Shown: positions 51,502 to 61,011 of the stretch, piece by piece
How the letters are laid out: each line of letters begins with the position of its first letter
Position numbering within the stretch: the stretch's first letter is position 1
Assembly (NCBI GenBank): GCA_014905635.1
Contig: JABVCE010000004.1
Span: 744,001 to 808,000 of the forward strand
From: Scenedesmus sp. PABB004
Taxonomy: Eukaryota
DNA: 64,000 nucleotides
Reading direction: 5' to 3'
Translations under genes and position numbers: made by a program
Notes under the pieces: model-generated
The model's database searches: none
Told to the model about the DNA's origin: nothing
What the model saw: the letters and a program-made list of their open reading frames with translations, nothing else

Positions 51502-52719
51502 GTTGACGACGAGCCAGGCGGCGAGGCACGTGATGCCCGCACAGTCGACCTCGTTCGAACTGAGCGGGCATCACGTGCGCCGCCGCCTCGGTTCGCCGTC
51601 AACGGCGCTGCGCGATGCCGCCTCTCCTACAGCGCCGCCGCCGGCCAAACGGCCCTCTCGCGCAGTGACGCCGGTGACTTGGCTGCCCAGCTGCAGGTCA
51701 CGGCGTCACTGCGCGAGGGCTTGGTCGTCGCCGTGCCGGCGGCGGCCAGGGCAGCCGTCGGCCGCGGTCCTGCAGGATCCTTCAGCGTTTCGCTGCGCTG
51801 CGTGGTGTGCTTGAACATTGCGTCGAGCTCCTGTACCTTCTGCCCCAACCAATCAGGAGCTCGACGCAGCGCTCAAGCGCATCACGCAGCCTGATCGACG
51901 CGCTCAACGCGACCCTGGTTGGCGCCACGCAGCGGCGGCGGGTGCGTGGAGCGCGCCGGCCGACATCGTTTCTCGCAACATTGGCGTTGCCGGAGGGCAT
52001 GTCGCCCGGCGCGCGTCACGCAGCCGCCGGTGAGGTTGTCGGCGCACGGGCGCTCCTCGTACTCTTGGTCGTTGGCCCAACGACCACGCAGTATGAGGAG
52101 CGCCCGCGCGCCAAGAGCCTCACCGGCGCCGCGCCCGCCGTCGAGGCCGCCAGCGGGTGCCCACCATGACCGCGCACGCCCAGACGCTGCACCAGGAGCC
52201 GCAACGTCGGCGTCGGCCGGCTCTAGCACGCTGCCGCGGGAGTTGTTCAGCTCCCAGGCGGGCAGGCCCCGCCTGGGCGCAGGTCAACAGCTCCCGTGGC
52301 AAGGTGCCACAGCGGTCGACGTCGCGGTCAACGCGCTGTGCTGCTGGCGCAGCGCAAACGTCGCGGCCCGGCGTGCGGGTCGCCGAGGCTGAGGCGGCCG
52401 CTTCTCGATGGGCCCGGCGCGAGCGGCAGCCGGCCGCGGCGCATACTCGTCGCGCGTTGCTCGACGTGACGCGGGACGAGTGTGCGCGCGCGGCGCCGGC
52501 TGGCACTCGCGCCGCCGACGTTGCGGCGGCGCTCCGGCCGGTCCTCAGCCTCGCCGGCTGCTCTGCAGGCTGCTCCACGCATCAGCCCGAGCCCCGGGAG
52601 CGGTGCTAAAACTCGTGCCACGTCATCTTGACATGGGGCCAGTTCAAGCATCGCCTCCGCGGCTCGGGCTGATGCGTGGCTGGGCGCGGCGGAGGAGCAG
52701 CAGGCTGCAGAGCAGCCGG
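51502..52719 (+). ncRNA. Array of eight consecutive long imperfect stem-loops; candidate polycistronic miRNA/small-RNA precursor
   Basis: Hairpins at about 51502-51603, 51634-51746, 51797-51890, 51936-52029, 52026-52127, 52185-52354, 52384-52553 and 52554-52719. Perfect cores include GCACGTGATGCCCGC (15 bp), CTCGCGCAGTGACGCCG (17 bp), TGCGTCGAGCTCCTG (15 bp) and CCACGCATCAGCCCGAGCC (19 bp). The hairpins are directly visible; RNA function is inferred. Confidence 0.65.
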
Positions 52720-53125
52720 GGCGGGTGGCGGCGGCACAGCAGGTGGCACGGCGGCCGCCGGTGCCGCCGACCAGGCTGGCGCTCGCCGCGCGGCAAGCCG
52801 GGTGACGACAGCGGCAGCTGGCTCCTCGCGCCACGCGGCGCCCTGCGTGGAGAAATGAACGGTCCCGTGAGCGCCGTCTGGCCAGCTCCGAACCCGCCTG
52901 CTCAGCAGAACCGCGCCGGGGTGACGCTGCTGCCTGCTGCCTGCCGCCCCCCTGCCGTCGCCTCTCAGCTGGCGCAGCCCCTCCCCGCCCGCACCGTCGC
53001 AGCCTCAACCACACGCGCGCCCGCACAGGCGCTGCCGTTGCCGCCGCTGCCGCTGCCGCCGGTGCCGTCGCCGCGCGCCGCTGCTGCCGGCGGCCTCTCG
53101 ACACACGCCGGCCGCCGCTGGCGCG

Positions 53126-55069
53126 ATGCTGCTGCTCACCAACATCGCCCACCTCTGGACCGGCGACGAGTCGCTGGGCGAGATCCGGGACGCGGCGATC
53201 GTGATCGACGGCGCTGCCATTGCGTGGGTGGGGCTGGCCGCGGACGTGCAGCCCGAGCAATTCGCCGCCGCGGCCGAGGTGGTCGACCTCGCCGGGCACG
53301 TGGTGACGCCGGGCCTGGTCAACACGCACACGCACATGTGGAACTGCCTCACCCGCTGCGTCGCGCACGTGCGGGCGGGCGGGCGTGCGCGCGCGCGGGC
53401 GGCGGGCGGGCGGGCGCGCGCACACGCTGCCCTGCCCGCGCTGCGGCGCGCCCCGGCCGGCCCGCCTGCTGCTGAGCGCGCGCCGCGGCCCGCCGCGCAG
53501 GACGAGGGCTTGGGCGGGTGGCTCAGCGCGCTGTTCCCCGTCTGGGCGAGCCTCACGGTGGGCGGCGCGCGCGCGCCCGCTGGCCGGCCGGCCGCCCCTG
53601 GGCGCGGCGGCCCGCCCACGCGCCGCCGCATCGCGCGCGCAGGCGGACGACGTCGCGGCGGCGTGCCGGCTGGCCATGGCGGAGCTGCTGCTCAGCGGCA
53701 CGAGCACCTCGTCCGACCACCTTTACACCTTTCCAAACGACGTGACCCTCGACGTCACGATCGCCGCCGCGGCGGCGATGGGCCTGCGCTTCCACCCCGT
53801 CCGCGGCGGCATGAGCCGCGAGTGGCAGGCGCGCGCCGCCGCGTCCGCGCCCACGCCCGACGCGCCGGGGCAGCTCGGGGGTATGCCGGCGGCGCTGTTC
53901 GAGGGCGATGAGGACATGCTACGTGACATGGAGCGCTGCATCGCGCAGCACCACGACATGGCCCGGTGCGGTGCCCTCCTGGCTGCGGTTGCAGGCGCTG
54001 GCTGGGCGGCCGCGCGCTGGGCGCGCGGCGCGGCGCCGGGCGATTTCCGCCGCACAACAGCCGCGCCGCCGCGCCGCCGCGCCGCAATCGCCCCCGGCGG
54101 CAGGCACTCGATGGTCCGCGTCGCGCTGGGGCCCGCCGTGGCGCGCAGCGCGTCGCTGGAGCTCATGCGGCGCGTCGCGGCGCTCGCGGGCGCGCACGAC
54201 GGCGTGCGGCTGCACACGCACCTCGCGGAGGGCGAGGTGCGCGCGCGCGCGCGCGTGTGCGCCGGCCCCGCGCCTGCCTCTCGCCCGTGCCCGCCCTGCC
54301 TCTCTTTCGCGCGCTCTCGCCCGCCCACGCCCGCCCCCGCCCCTCTCTCGCCCCCCGCGCGGCGTGTGCCGCGCAGGACGACCTCTCGTACACGCAGTCA
54401 GCCCTCGGCTGCGCCACGTTCAGAGAGTACGTCGCCTCCATCGGCTGGGACAGCCGGAAGACCTGGTTTGCGCACTGCTGCAAGGCCGAGCCGGCCGACG
54501 TGAACGCGTTTGGCGCAGCGGGCGTGGGCGTGGCGCACTGCCCGACGAGCAACCTGCGCCTCGCGGCGGGCGTCGCCGACGTGCGGCGCATGCTCAACGC
54601 GGGCGTCACGGTGAGCCTGGGGACCGACGGCGCCGCGAGCAACGACGCGCCGCACATGCTGGCGGAGGCGCGCATGGCGATGCTGCTCGCGCGCCGCGGG
54701 GGCTGCCCGGCGGGGTGCTCGGCGCGCGAGGCGCTGTGGGCGGCCACGCGCGGCGGCGCGGCCAACCTCGGACGGGACGACGGCATCGGACGCATCGCCC
54801 CCGGCTGGGCGGCCGACGTGGCGGCGTGGCGCACCGACGACAGCCTGCCCTTCGCCGCGGCGGGGGCCGACCCCGTCGCGGCGCTGCTGCTGTGCGGCGG
54901 CAGCGCGCCCGTGAGCTGGCTGCTCGTCAACGGCCGCGTCGTGGTGCGGAGCAGGGTGCTGGTCGAGCCGGGCAGCGGCGCGCCGGTCGACCTGGCGGCG
55001 ATCATCGCCGACGCACGCGCGCGCTCGCAGCGCCTGCTGTCGCTGGTGCGGCGGCCGCCGGCGCCGTGA
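53126..55069 (+). CDS. Metal-dependent amidohydrolase, 8-oxoguanine deaminase / AtzB-like family; multi-exon
   Basis: [66 protein letters not shown] and [10 protein letters not shown] metal/catalytic motifs. Confidence 0.9.
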
Positions 55070-55226
55070 ACGCGCGGGCGGGGCTGGCGGCGGCCGGCGG
55101 TTGCCCGTTCACGTCGCTCGCGCGCGCGCCGCCCAGCGCGGCTGCAACCGCGCCCGACTGGGCCCTGCCGTGCCGTGCCACCGCCTGCGCGCAGCCAGCA
55201 GCAGCCAGCGCGTCGGCGCGGCGTCA

Positions 55227-55651
55227 TCACACGGCCGCGAGGCCCACGTACTTCTCGCACACCGCCAGCCCCTGCGCCTTGCGCAGCTTGCGCGCGACGC
55301 GCGCCAGCGCCGCGTCGCCGCCGCCGTCGCGGCCCGCCGCGGCGAGCAGCTTGGCGTGCAGCTTGGCGATGCGCATGCGCTTCTTGGGAGCGCCCTCGAG
55401 GATCTTGGCAGCCAGCCGCGCCCACTTGACGCGCGACTTCGCCGCGCCCTCCGGCGCCGGCGCCGCTTGCTGCTGCTGCTCCTGCTGCTCCTGCTCCTGC
55501 TGCTGCTGCTCCTGCTGCTGCTGCTGGGCCGCCGCCGCCGCTGCGGCCTTGGCCCGCTTGGCCGCCTTCTTGCCGCCGCCGTCCGCAGCGCCGGCATCCC
55601 CGCCCCGCTGCTTGCGCTTCTTGCCGCCGCCCGCCGTCGCTGCGGTGCTGC

Positions 55652-55707
<56 letters not shown>

Positions 55708-57468
55708 CCCTGCTGCCGCCGCTTGGCGGGCATGACGATCACGATGCCGCTGCTCAGCCGCGTCTCAACGTAGCCTGCCGCGGCAGCCGCCGCGGCCGCC
55801 GCCGCCACCGCCTGCTCCTGCTCCTGCTCCTGCTGCTGCGGCGGCGCGCCCGGCTCCTCCCCCTCGCCCTCGTCCTCGCTGTCGCTGCCCAGGCGCGTCT
55901 TCTGGCCCGCCCAGCGCGCGCCGGCGACTTTCTTGGGCATACCGGCGCGGCCCAGCCCCTGCTTGCCCTTGGTCGCGCCCTCGTGCGCCTGCGCGGCGGC
56001 ACACGTGCGGCGGCGGCACACAAGCGGCGGCGGCGGGCGTGCGGCGCAGCGTGAGCGTGCGGCACCAGGCCGCCCGCGGCGCGACGCGGCCGCGCCCGCG
56101 TGCGCCCCGGGCCGCACCTGCATGTAGAGGGCGGTCTGGTCGTCCTCTTGGAAGCCGGCGATGGTGATGGCGGTGCGGCCGCTGCGCGGCGCGGGCGGCG
56201 CCGCGCCGCCGGCGCGGCCGCCCTTCACGAACAGGCTGCGCCACCACGCGCCCGCGCCGGCGGGCTCGGGCTCGGCGCCGCCGGCGGGCGCGTCCGCGCC
56301 GGGGCCCTCGGAGCCCTGGCGCTCCGCGCCGCGCGCGGGCGGCGAGTCCGACCCCGGCGGCGTGGCAGGGCGCAGCGCCTGCTCGCTGCTGCCGCCGCCG
56401 CCCTCGCCGCCGCTGCTGTCGCTGCCGTCGCCGTCGTCGTCGTTGCTGCTGGCGCCGCCACGCGCGACGCCGCGGCCGCGGCCGCGCGCGGCGCCGGCGG
56501 CGGCCGCCCAGGCGTCGGCGCCCTCGGCCCCGCCCGCCGGCGGCGCCGCGCCCGGCACGCCGAGGATGGCCGCCAGGTCGTTGGCCGAGTAGTTGCGCAC
56601 CGTCTTGGCCGCCTCGCGGCGCTGGTAGCGCCCGAGGTGCGTCGCGGCGCGCACACGCGACGCGCCGCGCGCCGGCGCGGCGCCCGCGCCGGCGCCCGCG
56701 TCAGAGTCAGAGTCGCTGCTGTCGCTGCCGCTGCCGCTGCTGCTGCCGTCGCCGGAGCTCGAGCTCGAGCTGGGCGGCGGCGGCGCCTTCCTGGCCCTCT
56801 TGCCCGCCGGCTCCGCGGCCGCCCCACCCTGCTTGCGCTTGGCCGCCTCGCCCTTGCCCTTGCCCTTGCCGCCCTTGGCCTTGGCCTTGGCGGCGCCTGG
56901 CTTGGCGGCCCTGGCGGCCTTGGCGGCGGCCGGCGGCGGCTCGCTGTCGCTGTCGCTGCTGCTGCCGCTGCTGGCGCTGCCGCGCGTGATCTCCTTGAGC
57001 CCCGTCAGGATCGCGTCGTAGCCCACCATGCCCGTCGTCCAGTCGCGCAGCTTGTGCGCGTGCTCCGCCTGCGGCCGGCGGCGGCGCGGCGGTCAGCGGC
57101 GCGCGCAGCGGTCGGCGGCCGGCGCGCGGCCGGCGGCTGGCGGGGCTGCTGCGCGCACCGCGCCGACGCCCAGCGCGTCGTGCTTCTTCTTGACCTTGAC
57201 GTGCTCCTTGATGCCCTGGCTGCTCGCGCCCTGCGGCGCACGCGCGGCGCGGCGGCCGCCGTCGGGCGCGCGCGGCGGCTGCGGCGGCGCCGTGCCGCGC
57301 GGCGGCCAACTCCCGCCGCCCCGCGCCGCCGCAGCGCGCGCGCGGCCGCACCAGGCCCTGTCCCTCGCGCCAGCCCAGGTTGGCGAGCAGCTTGTAGCCC
57401 ATGGAGGCCTTGTCCACGCCCTGGTAGAGATTGGGCAGCGCGCTCGCGGGCGGCGGAGCGGACGCCAT
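55227..57468 (-). CDS. G-patch domain protein, PinX1/Gno1/GDP1-like ribosome biogenesis factor; multi-exon
   Basis: YQGVDKASMGYKLLANLGWREGQGLGASSQGIKEHVKVKKKHDALGVG G-patch; GFQEDDQTALY..GKQGLG..VAGARWAGQKT; Lys/Ser-rich. Confidence 0.85.
55653..55704. repeat. (CTG)n repeat encoding polyQ in the G-patch gene
   Basis: Directly visible. Confidence 0.9.
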
Positions 57469-57790
57469 GGCGGCGCGCGCCCCGGGAGCGCCCGTGGAAG
57501 CCGGGAAGCGCGGACGCGCCGTGCGGCGGGGCGCGGCGGGGCGCGCAGCGGCCGGTCGCGGGCGGGCGCGGTCGGCGCGGCCTCGCGGGCCGGCGGCTGC
57601 GAGCTGGGAGGGACGCTGGACGCTGTGCGAGTGCGATGGAGAGGCGAGCGCGGCCTGCGGTGCGCGTGGTCTCTGCGACGCGTGTTTCTTTTGGGGCTCC
57701 GCGGCCAACGCTGTCCTCTGCGTCCCTGCGCGCTTCGCACACCGCTCCCCAGGCGCCCTCCGCACACAGCACACACACCGACAAGGCGCC

Positions 57791-58343
57791 ATGGCGCTGC
57801 TCAAGCTCCTCGGTGCGGCGACAGCAGCGGCGGCAGCAGCAGCGGCGGCAGCGGCGGCACGCCGCGCGGCGCCGCCGCCGCTCGCTGCGCCTGGGCGCCC
57901 AGCCGCCCCGCCGCGCTGCTGCCGCAGCAGGGGCGCTGCAGGGCGCGGCGCGCGCGGCGCGCTCGCTGGAGGCGTCGGTGCAGGAGGTGGTGGAGGTGCT
58001 GCAGCCCGGCCCGCTCGGGGTGCGGCGCGGCGCACCCCGGTGGCCCCGGCGGACCTTGCCGCGCCAGGCCGCGCGCCCGACGCGCCCGCCGCCCGCCGCC
58101 CGCTGCGCGCAGAGCTCGGCGGCGCGCTGGGACGCGCAGCGGCGCGCCGACGCCGACGCGGCGGTGCAGCGCGCGGCGGCGAGCTGGCGCGCGCTCGAGG
58201 CGCAGCAGGCGGCCTGGGAGCAGCGGGAGCAGCAGGCGCAGCAGGCGCAGCAGGCGCAGCAGGCGCAGCAGGCGCAGCAGGCGCCACAACAGCAGGGCGC
58301 GGCCGGCCCCTCCGCGGACGGCAGCGGCGAGGGTCACCGCTAG
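57791..58343 (+). CDS. Small uncharacterised helical protein; 3 exons
   Basis: GT-AG splicing gives MALLKLL..SLEASVQEVVEVLQPGPLG/SSAARWDAQRRADADAAVQRAAASWRALEAQQ..; coding-like codon usage. Confidence 0.6.
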
Positions 58344-58632
58344 CGCGCAGCCTGGCGGACGGCACGCACCATCCGCTCTGTTCCACAGGACGCCGGCCGC
58401 CATGCGGCCGCGCGACCGCGCCGAGCCGCGGCCACGGCCGTGGCTCGCGCGCCCGCCGCCACGCCCGCGCGCCCGGGCGCCGCGGCCCGCCGAGCCCCAG
58501 CGCACGCGGCGGGCGGCGCGGCACCGCGCCCCGCGCGCCCGCGCGCCGCGCACCTCACCGCGCGCGGCCGGGGCGGCCCCTCGCGCCGGCGGCGACGGCA
58601 GCTTGGCGCCGGCGGCGGCGCTCAGCCGCTCG

Positions 58633-59336
58633 GCCGCGCGCTGGGCGAGTTTGGGAGCATCGTGATCGTGAGCTCCAACTTTCCCTTCAAGGACCTCATC
58701 GCGCCGGTGCTCATCTTCCAGGCGCTCGAGCAGTACGACGTCGCGCGCGCCACCGTGGTGCGCAGCCGCGCGGCACGCCTGGGCGCCTGGCTGCTGCGCC
58801 GCGCCGCGCTGCCCCGCCGCCGCCGACCCCGCCGACCCCGCCGCCGCCGACCTTGCCGCCGCCGCAGATCGGCACCGTGCTGCTGCTCATCTCGCTGGTC
58901 ATGATGGTCGCGGTCAACTGGCTCGGCGCGTGGGCGCAGCGCTTCCGCAAGGCCTGAGCGCGCCGCGGGGCGCGGCGGCAGGGACGGCGCGCGCGCGCGT
59001 GAAGCCAGCCTGCGCGCGCGCGCGCGTGGGAGTCAGCCTGCGTGCGCGAGAGTAACCGGTGGCGCCTGGCTGCTGGCCGCTCGGCCGCGGCGACTGGCGG
59101 CCAGCGGCGCGCGGCGGCGGTCCGGCCTGGCTGTGCCTCCGCCGCGCGGCGCGCGCTCGGCTGCGCCGCGGCGTAGCGCGCCGTGGAGTCGCTCCCGGGA
59201 CTCCGCTCGCGCCACGCGCTCAGCCCAGCTGCGGCGGGCCCGCGCCAGGCGAGAACGCGGCGCGGCAGCAGTCGCTATCCGGCTCCGCGCGCGATGCGGC
59301 CATGCCGGGCCGGCCACTGATCGCGTCGGTGTTGCA
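58633..59336 (+). pseudogene. 704-bp inverted duplicate of 44655-45358: SulP 3' fragment with its last intron, intergenic DNA and the first codons of the MRS2-EF-hand gene
   Basis: Reverse complement aligns colinearly (coordinate sum 103991 at both ends); one internal substitution noticed, at 59174. Confidence 0.93.
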
Positions 59337-59641
59337 TCGGGCCGCGCACCCATCCAAGAAGTTGCCCTCTCGCGTCAAACTGGCCCTTCCCCGAGCAGGG
59401 TTGACCCGGTCAACTGGTTGGTGAGGCGCGGCGGTGGGCGGGCGTTCAAAAGCTCTGCCGAGCGCTGTCTGAAGCTTGGTGGGCCCTTCCCGAGCCCCGC
59501 GGGTGAGCGGGCGCGGCGCGCGGGCGCGGAGAGGGAGCGCGCGCCCGCGGCATTCGAATGTGGGCACGCTAACGCGCAAGGGCCGTAGCGGCCAACGCCC
59601 GCGGCCGCGGGCCCCCGGCGCCACACCCAGAGAATCCCGCA

Positions 59642-60157
59642 ATGTGCTTGGACGAGATGACGGCCGCCGGCTGCGTCGCGACGCAGCTGCAGCAGCTCGT
59701 GCTGTGCGGGTGCGCGCCCCCTGCCGGCCTGCGCCGCGCCCGACGCCCGGCGCGCCGCGCCGCGCCGCGCGCCGCGTCCTCTCACCCCGACCGTGCTCCG
59801 TGCCCGCGCAGGCCGCCCGCGGAGCCGGCGGTGAGCCAGCAGGGGGCCGGCCCGGGCGCGTGCGGCATGCCCCCGCCGACCAGCAGAAAACGGGCGCTGC
59901 CGCAGTCGCCCAGCCCCTCGCCGCGGCTGTGCAAGGCCGTGGCGGAGCCTGTCGTCGGTCACAGCAGCAGAAAGCGCCTGCGCGCGCCGCTGAGCGTGGT
60001 GGTGCCGGCGGACTGCACCGACGACAGCGACTGCGGCGGCCTCCGCCGGCCCGCCCAGCGGCTCTTCCGCGACCTGGAAGAGCAGGGCGTGGCGGGCGTC
60101 ACGTGCCCGACCGCGCCGAAGCGGGCGGCGCTGGCGCTGGCGGCGGCGCTGCGCTGA
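59642..60157 (+). CDS. Small uncharacterised protein, possibly a CDK-inhibitor-like (SMR/KRP-type) protein; 2 exons
   Basis: In-frame 102-nt GT-AG intron 59710-59811; motifs SRKRALP, RRPAQRLF and TCPTAPKR. Confidence 0.5.
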   Translation: MCLDEMTAAGCVATQLQQLVLCGCAPPAGLRRARRPARRAAPRAASSHPDRAPCPRRPPAEPAVSQQGAGPGACGMPPPTSRKRALPQSPSPSPRLCKAVAEPVVGHSSRKRLRAPLSVVVPADCTDDSDCGGLRRPAQRLFRDLEEQGVAGVTCPTAPKRAALALAAALR

Positions 60158-61011
60158 CCGCGCGGCGGCGGCGGCCGTAGCGGCGCCGCCACCGCCGCCG
60201 GCGCCGCCGCCACCGCCGGCGCGTGCCACCGTCCGGAGCGGGCTGCAGCGGCAGCCCGCGCGCCGCGAGGCGGCCGGAGGCAGTACGCAGCGGGACGCGC
60301 GCCACAGCGGCGGCAGGCGCCAGGCGCCACTCGGACTCACGGGCGCGCGGGCGCTGCGTGGCGCGCCGTGGGCCGCAGATGCGGCGCCCGCCCATGCAGG
60401 AGCGGGACGGCCGCCGCGCGTCGGCGCACGTGCGGCGCGGCGGCGGCCGCGACCCCGCGGGGCGCCATTTCATGCCGCGGGCGTCGGCTTTTTGGTGCTT
60501 GAACTCTGACAGCTAGCTTGGCCACAGCCACAGCTCGCCAGTGCCCCGGGTCGCGCGCCCGGCGGGCCTGCCGTGGCGCCGCCCGTGCGGCCGCGCGGCC
60601 GCGCTCGGTAGACAGAGACTGCGCTGCCGCGGGACTGCGCTCCCGACTGTTTGCCGGTGCCCGCCGGCCCTGGGACCCCTCCACTCTCTTGCTGCACTTT
60701 TATTCCTTGTGCGCGCGCGCTGCCGCGAGGCAGCACGCTCGCGCGGCGGCGACGCCGCGCCGCCCGCCGCGCAGGCGGAGGCCGAGCTGCCGGCGCCGCC
60801 GGATCGCGCACTCCCGCAGTTTCACCTCTGCAGGCGCCGCAATGCGCCGCAGCAGCCCGGCCCCCGCCCCCTCCCCCCACGCCGCCCCCTGGCGGCGTGC
60901 ACCCCCAGTCGTGCGCGGCCGGACCGCCGCAGCACCTGGGCCTCGCGGCGCACACAGAACCGCGCTCGGTAACCCACCCGGACCACGCACGCGCCCGGGG
61001 CCGATGCGCGC

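Noticed and set aside
51502..52719. Hairpin block as a MITE array, integron attC array or protein-coding gene
   Set aside because: Hairpins share no common terminal sequence or target-site duplications, no recombinase or transposase is nearby, and the short ORFs do not splice into a coherent protein.
9700..57468. Functional cluster of RNA-processing genes (cap methyltransferase, WBP11, FIP37, G-patch)
   Set aside because: They are dispersed among unrelated genes over 48 kb; co-location is plausible by chance in a gene-dense genome.
58633..58957. Second functional SulP gene
   Set aside because: Only the last one and a half exons are present, with no upstream exons or start; it is part of the inverted duplication.
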